Origin: Sulfuritalea sp. | GTDB lineage: Bacteria; Pseudomonadota; Gammaproteobacteria; Burkholderiales; Rhodocyclaceae | Assembly: GCA_016708585.1 (NCBI GenBank) | Contig: JADJFK010000014.1 | Span: 53,600 to 117,599 of the forward strand | Direction of reading: 5' to 3' | Length of the DNA stretch: 64,000 nucleotides | Shown here: positions 7,490 through 17,023 of the stretch, piece after piece | Layout: each line of letters starts with the position of its first letter | How positions within the stretch are numbered: position 1 is the first letter of the stretch | Notes under the pieces: generated by a model | The model's input: the letters and a program-made list of their open reading frames with translations, nothing else | Told to the model about the DNA's origin: nothing | Database searches by the model: none | Position numbers and translations under genes: made by a program

Positions 7490-7840
7490 TCAGCTTGTTG
7501 TCGTGCTGATCGCAGCGAGTATTACCTCTTGCGTCTGGGCGCTTAGCCCGAGAAAGACTTGTTGCCTCCGCCTCTCAAATTCGGCTGCGGAAACCCGCCA
7601 CTGTGGGTCATGAGGGCAGTTCAGTTTGTCAGCGACAATCCGACGCACATAAGCCTGCGCGGACGCCTTGCCCCGCGCAAGTCGCAACAAATCCGCCAAT
7701 GCCAAATCGAAGGCATCGCGATGATGGTCTTTCAATCCGGTGGTGAACACCACAAGAATGGCAACCGCATCCTCAAACGGTCGCAATGAATCGTCTTCTT
7801 CGGACAATTTTTTTCCCTGATAGTGCCTTGTTCGAACCAT
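7490..7840 (-). CDS. Hypothetical protein (116 aa), last gene of the cus operon
   Basis: The ATG lies 3 nt after the cytochrome c stop (TAGCGGATG). No family recognised. Confidence 0.5.
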   Translation of the reverse strand: MVRTRHYQGKKLSEEDDSLRPFEDAVAILVVFTTGLKDHHRDAFDLALADLLRLARGKASAQAYVRRIVADKLNCPHDPQWRVSAAEFERRRQQVFLGLSAQTQEVILAAISTTTS

Positions 7841-7843
7841 CCG

Positions 7844-8233
7844 CTATTGGATGCCAACCATCCGCTGCTCAGCCCGCACATAGGCGGTGACGTGGGCGAC
7901 GTCGTCCGCCGTTACCCCTTTCACAGGGGCCATGTCGCCAAATTTCCAGTGATGAGCCCGCACCCCGTTGGCCACGGCCAACTGGAATGCCGCATCGGCA
8001 TGATGGGACGGCTCATAAATCTTGTGCAGCAGGGGCGGTCCCTTTTCCGATCCCTTCAAGTCGCCGCCATGACAGCCCGCACAGTGATTGGCGAACAGCG
8101 CCTTGCCCGTGCCGGGATTGGGCATTAGGCCGGGGCCGGGTTTGGGAATGCTCCAGCCTTGAGCCAGAGCAAGGCTTGGCAGCATCGCCACAAGAAGCGA
8201 TGCCGGAATCCAAAACAAACACTTGTGCCTCAT
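7844..8233 (-). CDS. Monohaem c-type cytochrome, translationally coupled to cusA
   Basis: The start at 8233 overlaps the cusA stop (ATGA). Signal peptide MRHKCLFWIPASLLVAMLPSLALA. Haem motif CAGCH. Confidence 0.75.
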   Translation of the reverse strand: MRHKCLFWIPASLLVAMLPSLALAQGWSIPKPGPGLMPNPGTGKALFANHCAGCHGGDLKGSEKGPPLLHKIYEPSHHADAAFQLAVANGVRAHHWKFGDMAPVKGVTADDVAHVTAYVRAEQRMVGIQ

Positions 8234-11200
8234 TGCTCCATCCCACGTTTCATTCGCCACTGCTTGACCAGGGCGTAGATGGCCGGGATGACCGCGAGCG
8301 TCAGTACCGTCGAAGAGATCATCCCGCCGACCATCGGTGCCGCAATGCGGCTCATGACTTCGGAGCCTGTCCCCGTGCCCCACATGATTGGCAGCAGGCC
8401 GGCCATGATCGCCACCACCGTCATCATTTTCGGGCGTACCCGTTCCACGGCGCCTTCCATGATGGCCTCGTAGAGATCGTGCACCGTTGGCGCCTGATTT
8501 TCCGCCTGGCGTTTGGCCTTCAACGCCTCCCAGGCATGATCGAGGTAAATCAGCATGATCACCCCTGTTTCCGCCGCAACCCCGGCCAAGGCGATGAAGC
8601 CCACGGCGACGGCGACGGACAGGTTATAACCGAGCAACCACATCAACCAGACCCCGCCGACCAACGCAAACGGCACCGACAGCATGACAATCAGGGTTTC
8701 GGTCAGTCGCTTGAAGTTCAGGTAAAGCAGCAGAAAGATGATCAACAGCGTCACCGGGATGACAATCTTCATTTTCTCGATGGCCCGTTCCATGTACTCG
8801 AACTGGCCGCTCCAGGTGACGTAGTAGCCGGGTGGGAACTTGACCTGTTCGGCGACCGCCTTCTTGGCGTCGGCCACGTAGCTACCAATGTCACGGTCGC
8901 GGATGTCGACATAAATGTAGGCAGAGAGCAAGGCGTTTTCGGTGCGGATGCTGGGCGCTCCCTTGGCGACGACAACCTTGGCCAATTGACCGAGCGGAAT
9001 CATCGCCCCTTCCATGGTCGGGATCAGCACCTCGCGGGCAATTTGCTGCGGATCGGAGCGTAGTTCACGCGGATAGCGGATGGTGACGCCAAAACGTTCC
9101 CGTCCCTCGACCGTGGTTGTCACCATCTCACCGCCCAGCGCCGTGCCGATCACATCCTGCAAGTCGCCGACGGCCAACCCGTAGCGCGCCAGTTGCTCGC
9201 GATCCGGCTCGATATTGAGATAGAAGCCACCGGTGATGCGCTCGGCGAAGGCACTGGTCGTGCCGGGCACGGCCTTGACCACGGCCTCGATTTCCTTGGC
9301 CATTTTTTCCATCTCGACGAGATCCTTGCCGAAGACCTTGATGCCGACCGGCGTGCGGATGCCGGTAGACAGCATGTCGATACGCGCCTTGATCGGCATC
9401 GTCCAGGAATTGGCAACGCCGGGGAATTGCAGCGCCTTGTCGAGTTCGGCGATCAGCTTGTCTGTGGTCAGACCCGGGCGCCATTCGGATTCCGGCTTCA
9501 GATTGATCACCGTCTCGAACATCTCGGTTGGCGCCGGATCGGTTGCCGTGTTGGCGCGCCCAGCCTTGCCATAGACCGAAGCGACCTCCGGGAAGCTCTT
9601 GATGATCTTGTTTTGCGTCTGCATCAACTCGGCAGCCTTGGTGATCGACATGCCAGGCAGCGAAGCGGGCATGTAGAGCAGCGTGCCCTCGTTGAGCGTC
9701 GGCATGAACTCCGAGCCGAGTTGAGAGGCTGGGTAAATCGAGGCCACCAAGGCGACGACGGCAGCAACGATGGTCATTTTCTTCCAGCGCATGACGCCGG
9801 CGATGATCGGCCGATAGGCCCAGATCAGGAAACGATTCACCGGATTTTTCGCTTCCGGCATGACCTTGCCTCGGATGAAAAGCATCATCAGGACTGGCAC
9901 CAGCGTCACCGAAAGCAGCGCGGCGCCGGCCATCGAGAAGGTCTTGGTGAAGGCGAGCGGCGAGAACAGCCGTCCCTCCTGCCCTTCCAGGGCGAACACC
10001 GGGAGGAAGGAGACGGTGATGATGAGCAGCGAGAAGAACAGCGCCGGCCCGACCTCCTTGCAGGCAGCGAGCATGGCGTCGGCGCGCTCGGCGGTGGTGT
10101 GTTCCTCGGGCAGGCGCTCCAGGTGCTTATGGGCGTTCTCGATCATCACGATGGCGGCGTCGATCATGGCGCCAATGGCGATGGCAATGCCTCCCAGGCT
10201 CATCAGATTGGAGTTCAGGCCCAGCGATCGCATGGCAATGAAAGCGATCAGCACGCCGACCGGCAACATCAGGATGGCGACCAGCGCGCTGCGCACGTGC
10301 ATCAGGAAGACGATGCAGACCAGCGCGACGATGATCGCTTCCTCAATCAGCGTCCGTTTCAACGTATCGATGGCGCGGTGTATCAGTTCGGAACGGTCGT
10401 ACACCGTCTCGACGGTGACGCCGGCCGGCAAGCCGCCGCTGATTTCGTCGATCTTGGCTTTCAGGTTATGGATGACCTCCAGCGCATTGGCGCCATAGCG
10501 CGCCATGGCGATGCCCGACACAACTTCGCCTTCACCGTTGAGTTCGGTCAGGCCGCGCCGTTCATCAGGCACCAGTTCGACGCGAGCGATGTCGCGGATC
10601 AGCACTGGCGTGCCTTTGTCGCTTTTGACGACCAGCATTTCAAGGTCGCTTTTGCCGCGCAGGTAGCCCTTGCCGCGCACCATGTATTCGGTTTCGGCCA
10701 TCTCGACGACGCGTCCGCCGACATCGCGGTTCGAGTCACGGATGACCTGCGCCACCTTCATCAGCGGGATACCGTAGGAACGCAGCTTGACCGGGTCGAC
10801 CGTGACCTGATAGGTCTGCACGAAGCCGCCGATCGAGGCCACCTCGGCGACGCCATGGGCCTTGGTCAGTTGATAGCGGACGTACCAATCCTGAATGGTG
10901 CGCAGTTCGGCCAGGGTCTTGTCTTTGGCGAGCAAAGCGTACTGGTAAACCCAGCCGACGCCGGTGGCGTCCGGCCCAAGCGACGGCGTGACGCCACTCG
11001 GCATGCGACTGGAGGCGAAATTCAGATACTCAAGGACGCGCGAGCGCGCCCAGTAGATGTCGGTGCCATCCTCGAAAATGATGTACACGAAGGAGGCGCC
11101 GAAGAACGAAAAGCCGCGCACCACCTTTGATTTCGGCACCGACAGCATGGCTGTGGTGAGCGGATAGGTGACCTGATCCTCGACGACCTGCGGCGCCTGG

Positions 11201-11364
11201 CCGGGATACTCGGTATAGACGATGACCTGCACGTCCGAGAGGTCAGGCAAGGCATCGATCGGCGTGCGCAATACGGCATAGATGCCGGCGACAGTGATGA
11301 ATAGGGTGGCGAGCAAGACCAGGAAGCGGTTCCGGCCCGACCATTCGATGATATTGGCCAACAT
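8230..11364 (-). CDS. cusA: Cu(I)/Ag(I) efflux RND permease CusA/SilA
   Basis: 1044 aa. N-terminus MLANIIEWSGRNRFLVLLATLF and TM4 motif GGIAIAIGAMIDAAIVMIENAHKHL are typical of CusA. Confidence 0.95.
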   Translation of the reverse strand: MLANIIEWSGRNRFLVLLATLFITVAGIYAVLRTPIDALPDLSDVQVIVYTEYPGQAPQVVEDQVTYPLTTAMLSVPKSKVVRGFSFFGASFVYIIFEDGTDIYWARSRVLEYLNFASSRMPSGVTPSLGPDATGVGWVYQYALLAKDKTLAELRTIQDWYVRYQLTKAHGVAEVASIGGFVQTYQVTVDPVKLRSYGIPLMKVAQVIRDSNRDVGGRVVEMAETEYMVRGKGYLRGKSDLEMLVVKSDKGTPVLIRDIARVELVPDERRGLTELNGEGEVVSGIAMARYGANALEVIHNLKAKIDEISGGLPAGVTVETVYDRSELIHRAIDTLKRTLIEEAIIVALVCIVFLMHVRSALVAILMLPVGVLIAFIAMRSLGLNSNLMSLGGIAIAIGAMIDAAIVMIENAHKHLERLPEEHTTAERADAMLAACKEVGPALFFSLLIITVSFLPVFALEGQEGRLFSPLAFTKTFSMAGAALLSVTLVPVLMMLFIRGKVMPEAKNPVNRFLIWAYRPIIAGVMRWKKMTIVAAVVALVASIYPASQLGSEFMPTLNEGTLLYMPASLPGMSITKAAELMQTQNKIIKSFPEVASVYGKAGRANTATDPAPTEMFETVINLKPESEWRPGLTTDKLIAELDKALQFPGVANSWTMPIKARIDMLSTGIRTPVGIKVFGKDLVEMEKMAKEIEAVVKAVPGTTSAFAERITGGFYLNIEPDREQLARYGLAVGDLQDVIGTALGGEMVTTTVEGRERFGVTIRYPRELRSDPQQIAREVLIPTMEGAMIPLGQLAKVVVAKGAPSIRTENALLSAYIYVDIRDRDIGSYVADAKKAVAEQVKFPPGYYVTWSGQFEYMERAIEKMKIVIPVTLLIIFLLLYLNFKRLTETLIVMLSVPFALVGGVWLMWLLGYNLSVAVAVGFIALAGVAAETGVIMLIYLDHAWEALKAKRQAENQAPTVHDLYEAIMEGAVERVRPKMMTVVAIMAGLLPIMWGTGTGSEVMSRIAAPMVGGMISSTVLTLAVIPAIYALVKQWRMKRGMEQ

Positions 11365-11388
11365 GGGGCGACTCTCCGTGGATCTCGG

Positions 11389-13017
11389 TCAGTGACCGGC
11401 GTGCGGGTTGGCGCCGGCGGCCGGCGTGCCGGCTCCCTGGTTTGCTGGCAGCGGCTTGACAGCCGTAATCACCCATTCGCCGGGCTGCCGCTCGACGAAC
11501 TCGACGGCAACTTTGGCCCCCGGTTTCAGCCCTTGCAGCAGCGATGCGTTGGCGGCCTTGAACTCCATGGTCATGGCCGGCCATTTGAGGCTGGCGACCG
11601 GGCCGTGATTGAGACTGATCGCGCCGGCTACCGCGTCGATGCCCTCCACCGTACCTTCGGCCTGGTGGCTGGCTCCTTTGGCGGCTGCCTGTCCGGGCAC
11701 TGCCGGCTTTCCTTCCGTTGGCGCGGCGCCGTGAGCGGCGTGGCCGAAACCGCCGATCGCTGCCTTGAGGTTGCTCTCGGCATCAATCAGGAAGTTGGCG
11801 GTGACCACCACCTGTTCGCCATCTTTGACACCCTCCAGCACTTCGACATGATTGTCGCTGCGGCCACCGAGCTTGATTTCGCGTGGCTCGAAGCGACCTT
11901 CGCCTTGCTGGATCAGCACGATCTGGCGGGCACCGCTGTCGATTACGGCGGAAGTCGGTACCGTGACCACCTGGCCTTTGGCACCCACCGGCAGTTCGAC
12001 CTGGGCGAACATCGACGGCTTGAGCAGCAGCCCCGGATTGGCCAGTTCGATGCGAACCGGTACCGTGCGGGTCTGGGCGTTCAAGGTCGGATAGACATAG
12101 CTGATCGTGCCTTCGAAGGTCTTGTCCGGGTAGGCGTTGATCCTGACCTTGGCCTTGGCCCCAGTCCTGACTTGGCCGATGTCCTGCTCAAACACGTCGG
12201 CGACCACCCAGACGGCCGACAGGTCAGCCACTTGGTAAAGCGTCTCGCCCGGCATAAAACGCATGCCCTGTAGCGCCTTCTTCTCGGTGACGATGCCGGA
12301 AACCGGCGAGCGGAAAGTCAGCGTGCGCCGCGCTTCGCCGGACTTGGCCAAGGCCTTGACCTGCTCCTCCGAAATATCCCAGTTCTTCAGGCGCAACAGG
12401 CTGGAATCGGCCAGTTGCTTCATGCCATCCCGCGCCTGTCCGCCAGCTTCCTTCAGCGATTCGACACCTTGGGCGGCAATCGCGTATTCGCGCTGGGCGG
12501 AAACCAGTTCCGGGCTGTAGACCTCGAACAGCGGCTGCCCTTTGCCGACCGGCTGGCCGGTGACATTGACGTGCAGGCGCTCGACGTAGCCCTCGAATTT
12601 GGGAGAGATCGCATAGATGCGGCGCTCGTCCGGTTCGATACGGCCGGCGGCGCGGACCACCTTGTCGAGGACGCGCAATTGGGCGGCCTCCGTCCGCACG
12701 CCAAGTTTCTGCACCTTCTCGGTATTGATCTTGATCTGGTTGGCCGATGCCGGTTCGTCGTCCTGCTCTCCTTCATAGACCGCGATGTAATCCATCCCCA
12801 TTGGATCTTTCTTGGGCACCGGCGAAGTGTCGGGCAGCCCCATCGGGTTACGGTAGAAGAGCAGCTTTTTTTCTTTCTTGGCCGGTTCGGCTGGGGCGCT
12901 GGCAACCTGTGCTGCATCGCCATGGGAAGCACCGCCACGTCCGCCCAGCCAGTAACCACTACCGGCTGCCACGGCAACCGCAATAACGCCGATGGTAAGT
13001 CCCGCACCCTTGTTCAT
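11389..13017 (-). CDS. cusB: CusB/SilB periplasmic adaptor with C-terminal CusF-like domain
   Basis: MFP core, plus the C-terminal segment GTVEGIDAVAGAISLNHGPVASLKWPAMTMEFKA, which matches the CusF fold motif (as in Cupriavidus SilB). Confidence 0.9.
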   Translation of the reverse strand: MNKGAGLTIGVIAVAVAAGSGYWLGGRGGASHGDAAQVASAPAEPAKKEKKLLFYRNPMGLPDTSPVPKKDPMGMDYIAVYEGEQDDEPASANQIKINTEKVQKLGVRTEAAQLRVLDKVVRAAGRIEPDERRIYAISPKFEGYVERLHVNVTGQPVGKGQPLFEVYSPELVSAQREYAIAAQGVESLKEAGGQARDGMKQLADSSLLRLKNWDISEEQVKALAKSGEARRTLTFRSPVSGIVTEKKALQGMRFMPGETLYQVADLSAVWVVADVFEQDIGQVRTGAKAKVRINAYPDKTFEGTISYVYPTLNAQTRTVPVRIELANPGLLLKPSMFAQVELPVGAKGQVVTVPTSAVIDSGARQIVLIQQGEGRFEPREIKLGGRSDNHVEVLEGVKDGEQVVVTANFLIDAESNLKAAIGGFGHAAHGAAPTEGKPAVPGQAAAKGASHQAEGTVEGIDAVAGAISLNHGPVASLKWPAMTMEFKAANASLLQGLKPGAKVAVEFVERQPGEWVITAVKPLPANQGAGTPAAGANPHAGH

Positions 13018-14285
13018 ATATCTTCCCCTAAAAGACGTTCGATTTCGGCCAGACGCATCTGGGCGTCGACTTGGGCCTTAAGCTGGTTTTGTCTCGCCTG
13101 CCGGATTTGGCGCTGGGCATCGAGCAAGGTGGCGAAATCCACCTTGCCGGTCTCGTAGCCGGCCAGCGCCGCCTTGAAGGTCAGTTCGGCCTGCGGCAGC
13201 AGGCTGTTGGTCAGCAGGTTTTCCGTGCGACGGGCGGCTTCGATGCCGGACAAGGCCTCGGCCAGTTCGGCGGAGACCTGGTTGGTGGTGGCTTCCTTGC
13301 GCGAGCGGGCGGCATTGAGCATCGACTCGGATTCCCGCTCCTGCGACCGCCGCGAAGACTGTTGCAGCGGGATATTCAGTTCGAACATCAACTCCCATTC
13401 CTTGATGGAGTTCTGGTACTGGATGGGGGATACGCCGAACGTAAAGTCGGGATAGCGGTTTTTGTAGGTCAGGTCGCGAGATTTCTCGGCAGCCTTGATT
13501 TTCGATTCGTCGGCGAACAGTTGCGGGTTGCGGGTGCGCACGCGCTCTTCCAGCGTGGCGTAATCCAGCGTCACCGGCGCCGGCAGCTTGCGCAACTGGG
13601 TTGGCACCTGCAACGGCGCATTGTTTGGGCGGGCCAGCAAGGCGTTCAGCCGGGCATGCAGGTGGTGCTGTTCGGTTTCCAAGGCAATCAACTCGTTGCG
13701 CATGTTGGTCTGCTCGACCTGGGCTCGGATGACATCCTGCTGTGCCGCCAGGCCGCCGGAATAGCGTACCTGGGCGACTTTTTCCAGGCGGGTCATCAGG
13801 TCGAGGATTTCCCGGGTCAATTGCTCATTGCGGTGCACGTAATAAAGCTGGGCGAAATTGACTTTGATCCGCCCGGCCACATCTGCCCAGGCGCCCAGCG
13901 CACGACCCTTGGCACCGTCGGCTTCAAGCTCTGCAATCTCGCGCTTCAGGTCGCGCTTGCCAAACCAGGGAATGTCCTGCATCAGCAGGTAACGGGTGCT
14001 GCCGACGCGACTTGGGGAAAGCGTTGCGCTTTGTTCGCCCATCCGGGTGATGTCGCGCAATTCAGTACGGAATTTCGGGTCGGGCAAGGCACCGGCAGGC
14101 GTCACCCGCTCGCCCGACGCTTCGGCCTCGGCCTGCATCGCGGCGTACTCCGGATTGCGCGTCTTGGCGTAATTGATCAGGCTATCGACGTTCGCACCGA
14201 GGGCAGCCTCTTGGCCAAACACGGGTGCGCCAAAGGCGGTGCCAAGCGCCAGGATTAAAATGGGTAACGGCCTGAGTCGGCGCAT
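13014..14285 (-). CDS. cusC: Outer-membrane factor CusC/SilC (TolC family)
   Basis: 423 aa with a signal peptide and coiled-coil repeats. It overlaps the cusB start by 4 nt. Confidence 0.9.
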   Translation of the reverse strand: MRRLRPLPILILALGTAFGAPVFGQEAALGANVDSLINYAKTRNPEYAAMQAEAEASGERVTPAGALPDPKFRTELRDITRMGEQSATLSPSRVGSTRYLLMQDIPWFGKRDLKREIAELEADGAKGRALGAWADVAGRIKVNFAQLYYVHRNEQLTREILDLMTRLEKVAQVRYSGGLAAQQDVIRAQVEQTNMRNELIALETEQHHLHARLNALLARPNNAPLQVPTQLRKLPAPVTLDYATLEERVRTRNPQLFADESKIKAAEKSRDLTYKNRYPDFTFGVSPIQYQNSIKEWELMFELNIPLQQSSRRSQERESESMLNAARSRKEATTNQVSAELAEALSGIEAARRTENLLTNSLLPQAELTFKAALAGYETGKVDFATLLDAQRQIRQARQNQLKAQVDAQMRLAEIERLLGEDI

Positions 14286-14364
14286 GCGACCTCCCTGAAA
14301 GATCTATTTTGTGGAGCGTGCTGACAGCGAGATGGAATCACCCTCTCGCCGCCAGTCGATTTTG

Positions 14365-14709
14365 CTATTTGGCTGGTTCAAAATGGACGACGGTGATTGC
14401 ACCATTCACGGTGTCGGCCATGAAGCGAATCTTATTGCCGGACTTCATTTGGTCCAACCAGGCGGCATTTGAAACCTTGAAGTCCATGGTCATCGCCGGC
14501 ATGTTCAGGTTGGTCAGCGGGCCGTGCGACAAGGTCACCTTGCCGGCGGCCTTGTCCACTTTTTTGACCTGGCCGTCGACCATTTGCATTTCAGCGGACA
14601 CGGGGGCCGGTGCAGCCATGGCATGGCTGGCATGGTCTCCTGCCGCCTGGACCGAAACGGCACCGAGGGATGCAAAGGCGATCAGGGAGGCGGTGATGAG
14701 TGTTTTCAT
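14365..14709 (-). CDS. cusF: Periplasmic Cu(I)/Ag(I) chaperone CusF
   Basis: Signal peptide, then VKKVDKAAGKVTLSHGPLTNLNMPAMTMDFKV, the CusF H/M/M motif. Confidence 0.85.
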   Translation of the reverse strand: MKTLITASLIAFASLGAVSVQAAGDHASHAMAAPAPVSAEMQMVDGQVKKVDKAAGKVTLSHGPLTNLNMPAMTMDFKVSNAAWLDQMKSGNKIRFMADTVNGAITVVHFEPAK

Positions 14710-14727
14710 GGGTTTCTCCTATTGGGA

Positions 14728-15168
14728 TCAATGTTTGGCAAAAATGCTGGTTTCACCGCCGGACTGGACCAGCAGCGTGTTGTAGGGAACGGGTTTCGAA
14801 CTTTCCATGCCTGGCGAACCGGGGGGCATCGAAGGCACCGCGATGCCAAGGGCTTTCGGCTTTTCCTTGAGCAGACGCTGGATGTCGCCAGCCGGCACAT
14901 GGCCCTCGACCACATAACCGGCTACCTTGGCGGTATGGCAGGAGCCGAGGCGGTCTGGCATCCCCAGTCGCTTCCGGGTTGCCGGGACGTCCATGACATT
15001 GTGCGCGCGAACCTCGAAGCCCGCGTCCTTCAGGTGGTCAATCCACTTGCCGCAGCAATCGCAGTTCGGGCTCTTGTAGACATCGACCATTTCGCCTGCC
15101 GTTGCGACGGAGGAAAGGCCGGCACCGAAGGTTGTGATCAAGGCGAGAACAAGGACGGGGTTACGCAT
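14728..15168 (-). CDS. copG: DUF411 / CopG-family periplasmic copper protein (copy 1)
   Basis: Signal peptide. Motifs NCDCCGKW, SCHTAKV and MPPGSPGM. Confidence 0.85.
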   Translation of the reverse strand: MRNPVLVLALITTFGAGLSSVATAGEMVDVYKSPNCDCCGKWIDHLKDAGFEVRAHNVMDVPATRKRLGMPDRLGSCHTAKVAGYVVEGHVPAGDIQRLLKEKPKALGIAVPSMPPGSPGMESSKPVPYNTLLVQSGGETSIFAKH

Positions 15169-15238
15169 GGCGAGGCTCCTGTTTGAATCGAGTGGCGTCA
15201 GTATGGATAGCCAATGCCAACAATTAGCTGTCTCGTGG

Positions 15239-15254
15239 ATTACATTTTTGTAAT
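15239..15254. promoter_or_regulatory. Candidate CusR/CopR-type operator (perfect inverted repeat)
   Basis: ATTACATTTTTGTAAT lies 71 nt upstream of the copG-cusFCBA start. Confidence 0.45.
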
Positions 15255-15371
15255 GTTGGCCACCCAGTGTTTGTGGGTTCCATGGTCATGGCTGCCATGG
15301 TCGTGACTGTCGGCCTTTTTGCTTTTGCCTACCCGCTTTTTCGGCATTTCGGCGGCCGGCTTTGCTTCGTG

Positions 15372-15879
15372 TGAGGTAGGCTGGAAAAGAGGGAGTCCGA
15401 CGGATCGTGTAATTTGACGACTTGGAGAACACAGATGGAACGGACACTGAAGGGGATTTACACGCCCGAGTTTCAGGCGGAGGCAGTCAAGTTGGTCGAG
15501 GCGACAGGCATGTCGGTAAGGAGAGCGGCGAAGCGGCTATCGATGCCGAAGAGCAGCCTGGATTGCGCTCATGCCTACCAGAAGCTCCTGCGGCAGTTCG
15601 GCATGCAAGCCATCAATGAGTCGCAAGGACAACTGTTGGGACAAAGCGCCGATGGAAAGCTGCTGGGGTTCTTTGAAGACTGAACTGGTGCATCACTGTC
15701 GCTTCGCGACCCGCGAGCAGGCCAAACGCGAGATCACGGAATACATCGAGATCTTCTACAACCACATCCGAGAGCAGGCTCGACTCGGCCATCTGTCGCC
15801 CGCCGCTTTCAATCAGCAATACCATGCAATGCAGATGGCCGCTTAACCCGTCGGACTCTACGATTTGCAACCGACCTCA
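15372..15879 (+). mobile_element. Internally deleted IS3-family element (508 bp) with both terminal inverted repeats
   Basis: IRL is TGAGGTAGGCTGGAAAAGAGGGAGTCCGACGG. The reverse complement of IRR is TGAGGTCGGTTGCAAATCGTAGAGTCCGACGG, about 24/32 identical. An OrfA N-terminus (MERTLKGIYTPEFQAEAVKLVEATGMSVRRAAKRLSMPKSSL) is fused to a frameshifted OrfB C-terminus (SMSRKDNCWDKAPMESCWGSLKTELV...LSPAAF). No target-site duplication was seen. Confidence 0.8.
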
Positions 15880-15955
15880 ATATCACCGGGTACGGTTGTG
15901 CAGACGAAGTGGGGCGGATTATGTCACCCGCCCCGTTCGCCCGATTTGCCCCAGA

Positions 15956-17023
15956 TCAGAACAGGAAAGCCTGTTTTTCCGACGCAGCCGAAGGCTGATT
16001 GTCGGCCCCGAAGAACCGCAGCTGACGCGGCCGGAACCAGACCCCCTGGCCGACCGCCAGTTGCAGCGCCTCGTGGCGCTCGCGCGACAGTTCGACTTCG
16101 ACGATTTCCCTTCCATGCAGTAACTCGATACGGACCACCGGTCCGATCGGATGCACATGCTGCACAGTCGCCTCTAGGCTGCCTTCGGCAATCGAGTGGG
16201 TGATGTCGATATCGTGCGGCCGGACGAAGGCGGTGGCCCGCTCCGGCTTCTCGCGGCACTCGACTTCGGCGTAACCTCCCTGCACCCGGCTATGGAAGAC
16301 GTTCACGTTGCCGAGGAACTGGTACACGAAGGGCGAGGCGGGGCTGGAATACACCTCGTCCGGCGAGCCGATCTGCTCGATCTTGCCGTGGTTCATGACC
16401 ACCACGCGATCGGCGACTTCCAGCGCTTCTTCCTGGTCGTGGGTGACGAACACCGACGAGATGTGCATGTCGTCGTGCAGGCGGCGCAACCAGCGGCGCA
16501 GTTCCTTGCGCACCTTGGTATCAAGCGCGCCGAAGGGCTCGTCGAGCAGCAGCACCTTGGGCTCGACGGCGAGGGCACGAGCCAGTGCAATCCGCTGCCG
16601 TTGGCCACCGGAGAGTTGCGACGGATAACGATCTGCCAGCCAGTCGAGTTGCACGAGGCCGAGCAGCTCCATGACCCGGCGCTTGATCTCGGCATCGGAC
16701 GGACGCTCCTTGCGCGGCTTGACGCGCAGGCCGAAGGCGACATTCTCGAATACCGTCATGTGGCGGAACAGCGCGTAATGCTGGAAGACGAAACCAACAT
16801 TACGCTCGCGGGCGTGCAGGTGGTTCGCTTCGGCGCCGGAGAAGAGGATCTCGCCCTGATCGGCTGTCTCCATGCCGGCAATGATGCGCAGCAAGGTCGT
16901 CTTGCCGCAGCCGGACGGGCCGAGCAGCGCGACAAGCTCTCCGGTCGGGATGTCGAGGTTGATGTTGTCGAGCGCGACGAAATTGCCGAAGCGCTTGGAG
17001 ATGTTGCGGATTTCGATGCTCAT
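15956..17023 (-). CDS. cysA: Sulfate/thiosulfate ABC transporter ATPase CysA
   Basis: Start [13 protein letters not shown] at 17023 (TAATG overlap with cysW). Walker [10 protein letters not shown], signature LSGGQRQR, Walker B LLLDEPF. Confidence 0.9.
   Translation of the reverse strand: MSIEIRNISKRFGNFVALDNINLDIPTGELVALLGPSGCGKTTLLRIIAGMETADQGEILFSGAEANHLHARERNVGFVFQHYALFRHMTVFENVAFGLRVKPRKERPSDAEIKRRVMELLGLVQLDWLADRYPSQLSGGQRQRIALARALAVEPKVLLLDEPFGALDTKVRKELRRWLRRLHDDMHISSVFVTHDQEEALEVADRVVVMNHGKIEQIGSPDEVYSSPASPFVYQFLGNVNVFHSRVQGGYAEVECREKPERATAFVRPHDIDITHSIAEGSLEATVQHVHPIGPVVRIELLHGREIVEVELSRERHEALQLAVGQGVWFRPRQLRFFGADNQPSAASEKQAFLF

Noticed and set aside
9193-11130. 645-aa plus-strand ORF, with similar long ORFs at 23340..24455, 42171..43376, 52196..53458 and 13071..14258
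   Set aside because: All lie antisense to confidently identified genes (cusA, the RND paralogs, trbL, cusC). Their Arg/Gly/His-rich, low-complexity translations are typical of high-GC antisense frames.
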